From NCBI GenBank assembly GCA_964016885.1, contig OZ024743.1, positions 153,202,001 to 153,266,000 of the forward strand: a stretch of DNA of 64,000 nt. The letters run 5' to 3'. Position 1 is the first letter of the stretch. Each line of letters begins with the position of its first letter. A program made the position numbers and the translations under genes. This DNA comes from Eledone cirrhosa (lineage: Eukaryota). The notes below the pieces were generated by a model. The model was not told the origin of the DNA. It was given only the letters and a program-made list of their open reading frames with translations, and made no database searches. This document shows positions 43,925-58,124 of the stretch, piece by piece.

Positions 43925-46064
43925 AGATGTAGAAATAATGGAGACTACATGATGATAGTTGGGCTATATGCTTTGGGCACAGCCTGAAGATGGGATAATA
44001 TGCCAAGAGATAAATGGACAGTCCAAGATACCAGAGTAATAAGATCTTCGTTCATATTGTTAAGAGAAAGATGAGTTCATGACCAGAGGCTGAAACAGAA
44101 GCACATATTAGAAAATGGTCGCGTTAACATGTGGACCCCTTTCGCATCAAATGGATTTGGGTGTAGTAACAAATGCAGTCACTAATATAAAAACTACTAA
44201 AATTATTTATTTCTGTTTTTCAGACTATTTCCTCATTTTGGATGTTTTGTTGACACATTTTCATCTTTATCTTTGCTAATCCCCTATTTTCATACCATGC
44301 CAATGATAGAACCTAGAACATGTATTTTACTAACTGTTTCTGATGTTGTAATCCCTGGCTTATTCTACTTTTTATAGTAAGAATCCTTTATAACCAGATA
44401 TCTTATTTGGGGATATTTTTACATAATTAACTCAATGAAGAACAGACTCAATACATGCAGCCTATGATCAATATTAGTGTTCAAATCTAATAGTAAAGCA
44501 GATCAATGCGATTAAAGTGTGTGAATGCGTGTGGATGGTGAGTGGTCACTTGTTCAGTCTCTAGTCTGATGCTGAATCAGATTTATCCAGTATTAATTCT
44601 GAGGTGCAAAGTGAGTGTTCTGACCAGAAACAAGAAAACTCCAGCTGTAGATTTGAACTAAAAACTTTCAACCTAACTATGCAGCTTTTATACAGTTGTG
44701 TATATAAGGATTTTTTATTGGCTTATTTCTTTTTACTATTGATCAATATGACCTCTTCTTTCATTTAACCTTGTAAGATCTTTGTTATTATCCTCCCTTT
44801 CCATCCTGCATAGTGTAACTATTCATTTTCCTCCCTGTTATGATTTCCATCTCTTCTATAGGTTGTAATTATTAAATTGTTTACATTCCAAAATTACATG
44901 TATCAATTGTAATTATTTCTACCTATCTATATATTTTTCTATTTGACATTGTGTTAAAATGAAAATTGAATTAATTTTGTGATTAATTTCCATTCAAATT
45001 GTGAATTGAATGGAAATTAATTGGAAGAATTAAACAAATATGACTGATTTCATAAAGATATAAAGGGCAAGGACTGCTTGGCTTCCATATAAAAAATGAT
45101 GGTGGAGAGTTTGTTGAAGGAAATTTCACTTCTAGATTAATATAGTCGGGTGAATATGAAACTATTTAAAAATTAGTTAATACTAATTTGAATTGAAACT
45201 CTTATCCTTTCCTTTCATTTTTTTTATCAATAAAATAAAATACCAGTCAAGTATTGGAGTTGACTAACAATTTAGTGGCCTGCATGTTTCATTCAATAGT
45301 TTAAAAAATCGAGAATTTAGACAGGTTTAACGTAATAAATAATTTATTTCTATGTGGAAAATAACACAGCTAAACCTCTTTACTTAAAATTATGACAGAA
45401 TGTTTAAACTTATAATTAGCACTTTAAAGTGAATGGTTTTACATCATAGAATGAAGCAGAGACTTGGGCAAATTGGTATCAATCAAATGGGTTAAACATT
45501 GCTAAAGTCTCTAGCTGCTAACAAATGTAATTCAATAACAATAACAGCAATATAATAATGAATTGTGGATAATACTGAAATATACTAGGCAAAATGTGAT
45601 ATCAACACCTACCTCCATAATATTTTACTTTCAAATAATAGCAGAAATATATGCAAACGTATATGTGCTTATATTGTTATAGAGAACAGAATTGATTTCT
45701 TTATAACCAGCGCATGGTCTTCCTTCTTTAACTTTTATTCTAACTCATCCATCATATATAGATTAAATATATCTGATGCTGTTGGGAGTTTTAATAAAGA
45801 CCTGGGATTCTAAGAATATGAGATTTGATCCAAAGAGTAGAGATATGTGTGATTTTCACGATGCAAATTGTCATTAATCATGTATTTTTATAGTCTTGGT
45901 ATATAGCAAAATGAAGCCTGTGACAAGGGTCGGGATATTCATAATGAATGGATGGTGAGAAATAGATGAGCTGATAAGGAAAATCTGATATCAGTGATAG
46001 ATGAGATAAATGTACATGGAATAATTAATATGAATACATACATACATACATACATACATTATAC

Positions 46065-46123
<59 letters not shown>

Positions 46124-46139
46124 CATATATATATATGTA

Positions 46140-47001
46140 GGCAAATGTGTATGTACGTGTACATACTTATACTTATATTTATATTTATATTTATTTGCCT
46201 ACAGACGTACAGTAGTATGTATATATATATACATACATGCACACATATATATATGCACGTATAGATTCACCGAACATTTATTATAATGCTCGGTGTGTTT
46301 GTAAACACACATCCGGTATTAAGCCGTAGTGTCTAGCAACCACCGTTGCTCGTTTGTTCAACACTGACAAAGGACACCGAGCATTATAATAACACACCGA
46401 GCATTATAATACATGTTCGGTGAATCCATACGTGCAAATATATATGTGTGCATGTATGTATATATATATACATACTACTACATATATGTATGTACGTGTA
46501 CATACTTATACTTATATAACAGCCGTACTAAGAGTGGGAAATGAAATATCGTTTCATTTTTTTTTGTTTATCGTTTTCGGTGCACCCGGCCGATTAACCC
46601 ACTCGATATGCAAATTGGGCTACTCAGCCGTTAATATGCATAAGGTAAGTATATACGTTCAACAATCTGGCAGGAAGGTATACGTTGCTGACGATACCTA
46701 ACAAGCTTGAAACTAGAAGAGCGTTCCTTTGTCAGTGTTGAACAAACGAGCAACGGTGGTTGCTAGACACTACGGCTTAATACGGGATGTTTGTTTACAA
46801 ACACACCGAGCATTATAATAAATGTTCGGTGAATCCACACGTGCATATATATATATATATGTGTGCATGTATGTATATATATATACATACTACTGTACGT
46901 CTGTATGCATATATGTATGTACGTGTACATACTTATACTTATATTTAAGTAACAGCCGTACTAAGAGTGGGAAATGAAATATCGTTTCATTTTTTCTGTT
47001 T
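46140..47001. mobile_element. Family D non-coding element: ~430-nt partial tandem plus inverted 5' copy, degenerate HHR at 46683-46723
   Basis: aacagccgtactaagagtggg occurs at 46519 and 46951. 46140-46375 is inverted relative to 46724-46945. Degenerate HHR: cgttg-CTGACGA-...-GAAAC-ta-GAA-gagcg. Confidence 0.72.
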
Positions 47002-47197
47002 ATATATATATATATATATGTGAAAAATATGGGGAGAAGAATACTGCATGGTTGCACATGGATTGCATGTTATAAAATGAGTCCCTCATCAGTGATTTGC
47101 TAACGATCATTGGTATTTCATCGCATTAAAAATCATATACCTCACGTTGGTGCGAAAATAACTAAAATAAGTTATTAGGACAATTGAAACGCATAAA

Positions 47198-47289
<92 letters not shown>

Positions 47290-47743
47290 TTATATATGTA
47301 TTAGATAGAGAGAAAGAAAAGAGAGAGAGAGTGTTTATGTTAATGTTAAGTTGTAGACTTATAGGTGCAGTGATAACAAGAAACATTTACTGAAGGAGTG
47401 ACATCATACCTGATGTTGAGTCATACATAATATATGTATGTTGGTTGACTTTTACTAATACGATTGACTTTGGCATAGTTTGAGTACCAGCCAATTAAAA
47501 TAACCATTTTATATACATCGGTGTGTGAATATATGTGTATGTTTTTGTGTGTGTGAGTGTTTGTGTGTATGTTCATATTCTTGTGGTTTTAAATTGCAGT
47601 CTTAGATCAGAAAACAAATCAATAGTTCCAAACCCTATTGTGTTTCACTGAAAACTCTTGATATATCTTCAAAGACTGACAATTCACAGAAACTATACCA
47701 GCAAGAAAAGCAGATGTAAAATGATGATGATGAGGATAATGTT

Positions 47744-47854
<111 letters not shown>

Positions 47855-47949
47855 TAAAAGTGTAGAGTGATCGCCCAGTCATCTTGGGTCAAGTTATCCA
47901 TGGTGACTGGTAGGTGTGTGGATATTTGATGACCCAAAATGGAGTATAT

Positions 47950-48580
47950 ATTTTGTGCTATGTTGACTTACATATCTCGTTCTGTGAATTTAGGCATGAG
48001 TTTGGGTTTATCGAATGTTTCAATACAAGCCATCTCTCAATGTTGCAGAGTCCACAATTGTGAGAAGCATTGACCTAGGGTTTACATCTTTCTGCTATCT
48101 TGCAGCTGATGTTGTAATCTGTAAAGACATCCTTCATCTTCAAAACATGACTGGAGAGCCTGGTTGTGTACTTTCTCTCCCGTTTCCGAAATACCACTGC
48201 ATGGTTTTTGTAGTGTTCTTTAAACTACCTCACAGTAAGACCAATGTACTGCTAAAGATTAGTGGTGCTGTCAGGGTTTGATGACTTCACTGTTGCCTTG
48301 TAGACTATGGGCTGCGTCCTGTATGCCCCTTCTGGAGGACATGAATTTCTGATCCCACATAAGCATCCTTCTATGTTGGGTAGAGGTGGCTTACTGATTA
48401 TAATAAATATAAAGTTTGTCAGTGAGCTAAAATTGACTTTAAGCTTGACCCTGTTGATTAGTTCCCTGTAAGGGTGGCTAGCTGGGAAGCACTCGTCTAC
48501 TAGAGCTAGGAATGTTCTGTTGATGTTGGTCTTGACCTTCAGGGAAATCCGAGGCGTGAACCAAATTGTTCTTTGGAGTG
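47950..48580 (-). pseudogene. Highly degenerate PLE RT-end and GIY-YIG
   Basis: TIWFTPRISLKVKTNI..VDECFPASHP, IVYKATV..YIGLT and CGLCNIE. Confidence 0.75.
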
Positions 48581-49041
48581 TTTTTTTACAGCTTTTCTGG
48601 TCTAGGGTTATAGCTGATTCCCCCCTTGAATCTGCTTTCGTCTGTGATGTAGGTGGTGGTCACTTAATCAAAAATGTCTTTGCTAGATGAGATGTTGGAA
48701 ATTTTCCTGCTAATAGTTTTCACAAGATTCATAAACATGGTTGGGAATGGCAGGATTCTGCGCTTATGTACGATAGCCTATCGTTTGGCTTTCTGTAGAG
48801 TTTGTATTAGTTATTTTTTCTTTTTTAGGAAGTTAACAGTGGATAGGTTAATTTCTATACGTAATTTTAAGTTGCAAGATTAGAAATGTTGTATGATTTC
48901 TTTCCTTAATCTATCTAATGCATGTCATTTGTGTTGCTAGATGTTGTCAGAGTCTCATCTCTGTATAACTCAAACTGCAGGGATGCATATAGGTCACCTA
49001 GTGTGTTCCATATGCATGTATATATATATATATATATATGT

Positions 49042-49099
49042 TTATCCCAGGTTCAATCGGGGGTAATCACAGTAAGTAAGGTATTCAATAAATAGCAAT

Positions 49100-49161
<62 letters not shown>

Positions 49162-49189
49162 TGCTATATATATATATATGTATTGCAAT

Positions 49190-49221
<32 letters not shown>

Positions 49222-49420
49222 GTATTGCTATTTATTGAATATAGATAATATAGAAATGGCTTCTACAGGACTAGAACTGTTTCATTCGAAGGAAATCATC
49301 AGGATTCACATGAAACAGTTCTAGTCCTGTAGAAGCCATTTCTATATTAAATATTTATACTCTGCTATGTATTGAGTACCTTACTTACTGTGGTTACTCC
49401 CGATTGAACCCGGGATACAC
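49042..49420. mobile_element. Family B element in fold-back arrangement, with HHR core on the minus strand at ~49258-49303
   Basis: 49042-49092 is inverted relative to 49370-49418, and 49251-49285 relative to 49310-49345. Minus strand reads CTGATGA-tTTC cttc GAAt-GAAACAG ttctagtc CTGTA-gaagcc. Confidence 0.72.
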
Positions 49421-49449
49421 ACAGACACACACATATATATATATACTGA

Positions 49450-50035
49450 CCAAATCAGATATGTCCACAGTGTCAAACACGCCCATACTTACGTAGAAGG
49501 TTCCACTTGGATCAGTCTTCTTATCCATTCAGTGCCCTCGGCAAGGAGCACCATTCTTCTAGCATAGATGATGATCTTGAAGTCCTTGATGTCTATAGAG
49601 CATATGGTACTGGCATATTGTAGTGCTCTATCTAGTAGGTCGTTGGAAATCGAGGTGTAAAAGTCTACTATATCCCATTGTATGAACCTTGCATGTTTCT
49701 TGTGGCTTGTGTGGTTGAATCATCTAATTTCTTCCTCACTGTTTGTCCATTGCTCTAAGCTAGTAATATTCCTAATGTTGGTATTGATATTCCTTATTAG
49801 GTGTTTGCTAATTATGCCTATTTCTGTTTTAGCCTGGTTTATTAAAATACATTTAGGGTTAGAGGCAAAGTTGTTCTTATTGCCCTTAAGGGTAATAAAA
49901 GCATTTCGTTTGGATAGTGTCTCTATTCTATCGTCTGAATGTAACTGTTATTTGTTTCTTCTCTTTGTTGGGGCTTTTTTGTAACTAATGTTAATGCTAT
50001 TTATGAGTAATTGGTCGTAAGTATTTTTGTCTACC
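49450..50035 (-). pseudogene. PLE RT N-terminal fragment
   Basis: AFITLKGNKNNF..LINQAKTEIG and FIQWDIVDFYTSISNDLL..IIIYARR. Confidence 0.78.
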
Positions 50036-50364
50036 TGATATATATATATTTTGTTTTGTTAGAGAATAAGAGAACCTTATCTGATGTTTTTATGTTGGCA
50101 ATGTCGTTTCTTTTTATATGATTGCTATCTTTGGTTAACGTTCTCAAATGTTATATTATGTTCTGTAATACTTTTGTCTTCAATTATCCTGACCTGACAC
50201 AATGTATCACCACTTTGGATTATTTTGGCTTTCATAATTGCTGATAATTATAATATATTGAGATTCTCAATATCTTGATATATATGACTTAGGTGGACAC
50301 CCCATTTATCACACACATACACACACACACATATATAACTTTAATCTGTACTACTACTACTACT

Positions 50365-50407
<43 letters not shown>

Positions 50408-50424
50408 TACACATATATATATGT

Positions 50425-50483
<59 letters not shown>

Positions 50484-51057
50484 CAAGAGATATAGATATA
50501 TGTATGCTTTTATATATATATACACATACACACCCATATGTATATTATGTATTCTTACATATAAACTATATAATTTGTGTAGTATCTAATATTGTATTAA
50601 TGTAACGAAAACATACATATTTTCTTTGTATCAAATCTCTTGTAAATGCCCGTTTGTTGTTATTGTTGGTTGATGTAGAGTCACAGAGACCATGTTCTGA
50701 AATTGGGTTATTAGAAATCTGTTTTCATTGTAATACTATCCAAACTATCTTCTGCTCTACCATGGCGCTGTTTTCTTTCTATTTCAATGTTACACATCGA
50801 TTAGATTTCACCTTGTGTTTATGGGAGAATAACAGTTGTTGCTTGTTATATATGGCACTATACTATTTTTTGTGTGCATATGTCTATGTGTGGGAAATAG
50901 AAAGAAACTAACAACAATAATAGAGTATTCATATTTTTCTACAAATGTAGGTTGAGAAAGTTAATGTTCACCACTACTGGTTGTGCGTCCTGCAAAATGG
51001 TACCACTTGATAACACATCTTTCAAAATAATGTCTATCTGATTCGAAAACTTATATC

Positions 51058-51337
51058 ATTGGCAGTATCGGTAGAGAGTCGGACACCATGCTTTGAAGCA
51101 TAGAGTTACGTCCCTTTACGATCTGAGTTCAAATCCCGCCGAGGTTAACTTTGCCTTTCATCCTTACGGGGTCGATAAAATAAAGTACCAGTAATGTACT
51201 GGATAATTGCTGGCCTTGTGCCTAACGTAGAAACAATTATTAATGAAATACCTTTCATCCTTACGGAGTTGATAAAATAAAGCACCAGTAATGCACTGGG
51301 GTAATTGCTGCCCTTGTGCCAAACATAGAAACAATTA
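51058..51337 (+). mobile_element. tRNA-derived SINE with tandemly duplicated 3' half
   Basis: SINE at 51058-51240, then a second core-plus-tail copy at 51250-51337. Confidence 0.88.
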
Positions 51338-51989
51338 TAAATGACATACCTGCCATTAGTCTTATTTTCGATCTCACTGTGAAACATCTTGGCCAAGTGT
51401 TATTTACCATAACCACGAATCGTCCCGTACCCTGTGAGTGAAACTAAGTGGTCAGAAACTGCTTAAAAGACCTTCTGATATGCTGTGCCTGTAATTCAAA
51501 GGGCCAGGCATAGTATACACTGTGTTATGCTGAAACTACCTGAGATTCACGTTAAAGATATACTTGTCTGTGGGATTCTCAGCTATTTACACATTACTTT
51601 AATGAACAGGCTGCTCCAATTATCAAAATAATGGAGGTCTATCCCAACCATTATTAACTTATTAATTCTGATTGGTTTCTCTGTATTCATATTCCCCAAA
51701 AGAAGGTGACCGAATCATATCATTGTCGATGTGTGCAAATGAATTATAACAATCTGTTCCCTTTTTATCAAATAAAATTAAACTTGTAGAATGAAATTTA
51801 ATTTGATCATTTAACAAACAATTAAGACTATCTGTATCTAACTATATTCCCATCTCTGGCTCTCCTCATAGACAGTTGAATGCGAAAGGAGGTAGTAGTG
51901 TGGAGATAGGTAGGAACTATAGATTATAAAAATAATAAAGAAGGACATTCTCAAAAGAAGTGAATGAAAATGGGATCGATGGTCAGCTT

Positions 51990-52820
51990 CTTGTTGCCTG
52001 ATTATTTGTGTACGGATAAATGGCGCTAAATTGAAACCATTCAATGTGAAAGCTCGATTCCACCAAGCGTGAGTATCATCACCTCTCCTGTTCATGACTT
52101 TCATGAACAGGATTGACATGCTCAGCCGGGTTGAATGTGGGTCACAAATGGCAGGTGTAGAATCAGTCGGCTGAAATTTGCTAATGAAATGGTATTATTT
52201 AACTCAACAGATGGTGATCATCAACATACACTTGATTGATTTGATTCTGAGTGCTGCATGGCTGGAATGAAAAGCACTGCTGTGAAAACTGAGACACTCA
52301 TCCTTTCAAGGAAGTACACTCTACATGTGAATGGAGTTCCACTGCAGCAGGTGGAGAATTTCAAGTATCTCGGGGCCATGTTCACGAATGATGGAAGGCA
52401 GGAGACTGAATTAAGTGCAATAAATGTAGGAGATGGTGCAGTAATGTGCCAGCTTCAACAATCAGTAGTCAGAATAAGTGAAGTAGGCGTAAAATCCAAA
52501 CTCACTATCTTCAATTCGGTATTCGTGCCAACCGTTACCTATGGCCATGCATCATGAGTAATGACCGAAAAAATTCAATTGTGAATACAAGCGGTTGGAA
52601 TGGAGTTCCTCCGTGGGGTCTTTGGAGTAATGTAATTCGATAAAGTGCATAGCTTGGAGATCAGAGAGTCGCTCCAGTTAGAGATGCTACTTCTCCACAT
52701 TGAGAGACCATTGTGGTTAGAATGTCTCAGGAAAGAATTGCTAGATATATTTTACGAGCAAATGTAACTGTCAGGAGACCCTTCGGTAGAAACCAAGGAA
52801 GACGATTGGATAATATTCAA
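51990..52820 (+). pseudogene. Degenerate LINE (RTE-like) RT fragment
   Basis: SPLLFMTFMNRID, LQQVENFKYLG and FNSVFVPTVTYG. Confidence 0.78.
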
Positions 52821-53896
52821 TGATCTGGCTGTGGGAAATTATTGTTTCTGAGAGGTGTTTCAAGAAGGTGCTCAACAAAAGATACCTATTTACTTAGATC
52901 TTTTTTTTCTTGGAATAATCCATATATATGTATCTGTTGATAGGTAGTTTGATAGAATGAGAGTGAGAGGATGGATGAATAATTTCACTTTCCTATGTGC
53001 TATTTATTCTGGAAATAAAGTTTTCACGAACATTCTTCATATTTCTTTATGCCCACCCATTATTTCCATACTCCTGGCTGGTATTTTGTCATTCAGTGTA
53101 TGGTTCCATGATAACATTTCATTGTCCTGCTTAACCATAGAATGAATTCAAATTTAACATTGCTATTAATCAGATGGAACAGTTCAGTGTAAATGTATTT
53201 AAATTCTGATGCTATTAGTTGTCATTTCTATTTGTTGTATAACTATCATTTTTTAGCGACTCAATGTTTTTTTTTCCGTAATATCTACTTACTTTATTAA
53301 TGCTACGCAACCTTTCTTTATCATACGCTAATGGCTTAATTGCCTGTAACTTCTTTCCATTCATTCACCCTTTTTTCTCTCTTTTTTTAATCTGTTCTTT
53401 CTATATTTTTTCTACCCGCCTTCTCCCACTTCTACTCAAGTGTAAAACAGTTTTCTCCGCTTTATTACTTTCATATACAATTAACAAAACTAACAAAATA
53501 GAACAAAGGAAATAATGTTGAAGTAGAGATTGACAGTTGAATGACGTGAAGTTAGAAAAGTTTAAAAAAAGGTGAAAGAAGAGGATATGTGATGGACAAA
53601 GTATATGCCGAAAAATATGACAATTTATACAATAAAAAGAAACAAGAAAGCACACACACACACACACACACGCACACACACACACACACACACATTTATA
53701 GATAGGGAGACTCCATACATGCAGTTAAGTCATATTTATTTTGTCTCAGTTTATTAGTTTTCACCGAAGCCGTCTGTTAATCATATATATATATATATAT
53801 ATATAAATTTATAAAGTTAACTATCTCTAATACTTAGGCATCTCAATAAAAGGATAAGATATATTGATAAATTATCTACTCAGAGAAGTAAACAAA

Positions 53897-54275
53897 TATG
53901 TTAAACTTAAGCCAAAATCTCTGTTGAGGGAGAAGGTATAAGCTAGAATGACTACAATAAGCCAGTTTATTCATACATTTCCACAGCCATGGTTTCTGGA
54001 ATACATGAAACAACATTGATTATTCCAAGGCATTGGAATAAACATTATTAGAAGAATTACAAATCCGTCATCAGGAAGAAAATTATTTGGAATAAGAGAA
54101 GTTGAAAATATATCATACATATCACCTCCTGATGAATTGTAATTCTTCCATTATTAGTTATTCCAATGTCATGGAAAAATTAATGTTGTTTCTTGAATTC
54201 CAGAAAGCATAGTAAAACCGACTTATTTTAGTTGGTCTAGCTTATATCCCCACTAAATAGAGAATTTGGTTTAAG

Positions 54276-54282
<7 letters not shown>
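53897..54282. repeat. Diverged fold-back element with degenerate long-stem-II hammerhead
   Basis: 53897-54076 is approximately the reverse complement of 54126-54282. Minus strand reads ttc-CTGATGA-cgga...tcca-GAAAC-catggct-gtg-gaa. Confidence 0.6.
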
Positions 54283-54344
<62 letters not shown>

Positions 54345-54399
54345 CATATGTGATGGACTAGCCTGTTGATTTGATGTATGTGGGTTCAACAGTCTTTTC

Positions 54400-55110
54400 A
54401 GTTCATTATTTAATGCTTAAGATTGTACTTCAGTTTGTCCTAATAGTGCAAATAGGCAAGCACAAAATGGTTCATCAATTCCTATGCCTCTTTGAGGACA
54501 TTGCGAATGATACTTGTCTGTGTGAATGTTTTAGCCTTAAAGTGCTGATGGTTGAATAGTCCACCCGACATACTGAACTCAAATATGACACCAGTCTCCA
54601 AATCGCCAAATTTATGCTGGAACATTACATAAAATAACAGAGCAAAGAGGAGAGGGGGCCATTATGCATCCCTGCTTCACACCATTTGTAACAGCAAAGG
54701 GATCAGAGCGTTCACCATCTGACGTAGTTGATGCTTTCATGCCCCCGTGTTCTTTTCACGAGCCTTCTCTGCAACCTGGCGAAGAAAGAAAATCATGTGA
54801 ATAGTATCCCGACCAGAGCAGAAAACATTGATTTTCAGGGTAGATATCGTCAACAAGTTTGGATGTAATTCTGTTCAAAATGACACGGGATAGTATCTTA
54901 CCAGCAATACAGAGAGGGGAGATGCCGTGAGAGTTGTCGCAGATAGCTATTTTTATCTTTGATTTTGAATAGTTGGATTATCTATGCATCTTTGTAATCT
55001 TCGGGGACACTTTCAACTTCCTAGATCTCCAGAAATAGCTAAAATAGCCTACGTACCACTTTTATACCAGCATATTTGAAGATTTCGGGTGGGATGCCAT
55101 CTTCACCAGA
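54400..55110 (-). pseudogene. Degenerate LINE RT fragment
   Basis: GISLSVLLVR, FCSGRDT..MIF and PFAVTNGVKQGCIMAP. Confidence 0.7.
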
Positions 55111-55137
55111 TGTTGTTGGCTGGAACTCGATTTCGCG

Positions 55138-55450
55138 TAATCCATCACTTGATGCTTAGGCATGAATATCACGGATACGGCTTTTTAGTTTTGCTAAGGA
55201 CTTGGCTATACCCAGCGAAGCCATCATTGCAAAAATGCCACATACCAAGGGATGTCTGTGTTTGAACCTTTCTTAAGCGAGGAAAGGCTTTGCACGGGGC
55301 CAATCACACTCTCTGAACATCGAATGCATTTACCCAAAATCTAGAACAGGTTTTTATCATTGGATTCAAACGAAATCGCAGGTTTTATATCAGAGTGACC
55401 TTCTCCTAGAGAGGCGCGTTTTAATGAAGACTGTCTCTGACTCTACAATA
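55138..55450 (+). repeat. ~315-bp unclassified repeat ending at (TA)n, with an inverted copy at 63014-63331
   Basis: Reverse-complement homology along the full length. Confidence 0.85.
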
Positions 55451-55454
55451 TATA

Positions 55455-55771
55455 TATATAAGTATGTATACGTACATACATATATGTATACAGACATACA
55501 GTAGCATGTATATATGTATACATACATGCACACATATATATGTACGTAACGTATGGATTTACCGAACATTTATTATAATGCTCGGTTTGTTTGTAAACAA
55601 ACCGAGCATTATAATAAATGCTCGGTAAATCCATACGTACATATATATATGTGTGCATGTATGTATATATATATACATACTACTGTACGTCTGTATACAT
55701 ATATCTATGTACGTATATTTAAGTAACAGCCGTACTAAGAGTGAGAAATGAAATTTCGTTTCATTTTTTCC

Positions 55772-55775
<4 letters not shown>
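55455..55775. mobile_element. Second family D copy (fold-back)
   Basis: Shares accgaacatttattataatgctcgg and aacagccgtactaagagtg with 46140-47001. Central palindrome at ~55550-55640. Confidence 0.78.
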
Positions 55776-55819
<44 letters not shown>

Positions 55820-55898
55820 TCTTTTACTCTTTTACCTGTTTCAGCCATCCGGCTGAGGCCATGCTGGGGCACAGCCCTTGATATATATATTTTTTCCA

Positions 55899-55951
<53 letters not shown>

Positions 55952-55997
55952 GAAATGACAGGAGGCTGGATTTGTGTAGATCCTTGAAAGGTTTATT

Positions 55998-56055
55998 ATA
56001 CGATGATTATTTCAATGACCGGGTTCCGTATGAATCCGGTGATATCATCAGGTAT
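55998..56055 (-). ncRNA. Type I hammerhead (downstream direct-repeat copy)
   Basis: Minus strand reads ATAC-CTGATGA-tATcACCGG..CCGGTcATt-GAAA-T aatc A-TC|GTAT. Confidence 0.75.
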
Positions 56056-57086
56056 TTGAAATATAATACGTGAATGTAATAGATAAAATCCATGGGGCTG
56101 AACATCGAGGACCGAGGGCGACCGCTATCTTGCACCTTCTACCTTTGCCAGTCGCCCTCGAGTGACGTGGCTAAAGCTCACAGTGTGCTACTGCCGGTCA
56201 GATTAAGGAAAACAGAAAGGGATGGGAACATAAGTTAGCGTTAATTTCATGCCACAAGACAAAAGAAAGAAAGAAAGGAAGGAGAGAGAAGAAGGGGGAA
56301 GGAAGAAGAACAGAAGCCAGGGTTAATGTCAGCTATAAGAAGAAAGACAGAAAGAAAGAGGAGGAAAGGTCGGTATTACAGTCAGGCCAGGAGTGGTGCG
56401 AGAAAATGTTCACAGGGACCCGTATCTTAGCAGAGGTGAATATAGTGGGGGTCAGTGTGTTATAATGTGTGAGCAGAAGATTGGAACGTTACGTTTTTGT
56501 TTAGACTTATAGGATGAAGTTAAAAATTAATAATTAATATTTAATATTAAAGAAATTAGAAAATTTAAAGTTAAACAGTTTAACATTTTATGGTTGATAT
56601 ATCTAATAGTTCTGATTTGATCTGTAATTTAAAGGTACTATGTGGTGGTTAAAAACCGGCCGCGCTCCGGGCCCCCGGGGCGAATTAAGCCACTCCGTGT
56701 AGTTTCATTTACCGAAAGAAGGGGACATTTATTTTTTCAAGCACTCAAGGTAGGCCCATGCGTCAGGGGGCTGGTCGCGCCGCCATTAAAACCCACCCAA
56801 CAGTCCGTCAGAAAGTTGGAACTTTAAAATATTGTTTAAATTTATAGGATGAAGTTGAAAGAATTCAGAATAACATTACAAAATTAAAGAGTAAGAAGAT
56901 TGAGAATTGAACAAACAGAAAATTGAAAATCAAACATTAAAAAAAACTTCTATAAGGTTTTGGGTTGCGGGATTTAATTAAAGAGAGTCTTTTATGAAGA
57001 AACGTTAATTGTATTATGTAGATCTATAATTTATCCTAGTGGAATGTAGAGTACGGGATATAGTCGGGTAATATTTATTTTTGTTC

Positions 57087-57559
57087 TCAGGGGAGACATT
57101 CTAGTGTCGTGTGCTAATGGGTACAAGTGAGCAAAAGTCCCAATAGGAGAAGTAGAAATACATGGATACATAGAAGTGGAATATGTGGAAGAGCACATTG
57201 ATAAAGCAAAGGTATAAATATATAAATATATCAATATATAAATATAAATATGTAAATAAACCAACAAGAGTGGTGTTGGAGTAAGATGGAGAAATCAAGA
57301 CATAGGAGAAGTACAATATAGTTCAGGTTGCAGTATTAATATTCCCAGGGGGAGACATTCCAGTGTCGTGTGCTAAGGGTACACGCGAGTAAAAGTCCGA
57401 ATAAGGGAAGTAAAAAGTACATGGATGTATAGAGGTAGAATACGTGGAAAAGCATTAATACAGCAAATAAAGATATAAAGATATAAATAAACAAACAAGA
57501 GTCGAGTAAATGGATAGTTCAAGACACAGGAGAAATACAATATAGTTCAAGTTGCAGTC
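57087..57559. repeat. Diverged ~250-bp tandem duplication inside the 2-kb unit
   Basis: ggggagacatt..agtgtcgtgtgctaa at 57089 and 57349. Both copies end tacaatatagttca.gttgcagt. Confidence 0.8.
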
Positions 57560-58066
57560 AGATAATGCATATAGATGTGGAAATGGATTCAGTGTGTGTT
57601 CGAGTCTGGGAATTCAGTGTGAGTTATACATGCCCAGAAGTATAGGGTGGCGAATTTAGTTGATACAGTGCAGTACAATACATGTTATGGTATAATCCGT
57701 AGAGTTTCGTCGAGGTCCGAATATTCTGAGAGGGAAGTAGCAATGGGCCAGGTTGGCGGTAGGCGAAAACACCGAGTAGCCATAGTCCGAATGGTGGTTA
57801 GATATATTCAGTCCCATGCCGCTGTTCATTATTACATTTGGAAGTGCTCGACATCTCAGGAGCATTATTTATTCAGGTGTGAGGTTCACCACTGTATAGA
57901 GCTGGTCTATTCCGTATGGTCAATCGTAATGTAATAATATAGAGAGTACTCAACGTAAAGCAGTTCAACCGTCTTTGTTTTTGTAGTTGGTGGTGCTATT
58001 ACAGAGTTAAATATTATAATGAAATGACAGGAGGCTGGATTTGTGTAAATCCTTGAAAGGTTTATT

Positions 58067-58124
58067 ATACGATGATTATTTCAATGACCGCGTTCCGTAT
58101 GAATCCGGTGATATCATCAGGTAT
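58067..58124 (-). ncRNA. Type I hammerhead (upstream direct-repeat copy)
   Basis: Same motif as 55998-56055, 2069 nt apart. Confidence 0.72.

Noticed and set aside
44560-44650. Acidic, Ser-rich short reading frame as a possible host exon
   Set aside because: No convincing splice sites or recognisable homology, and it may be a TE remnant.
47040-47095. Minus-strand CTGATGA motif
   Set aside because: GAAA and stems are too degenerate to call.
56640-56700. HDV-like, pistol or twister ribozyme (GGCGAAT and TTAAG motifs)
   Set aside because: The required nested pseudoknot pairings could not be built by eye.
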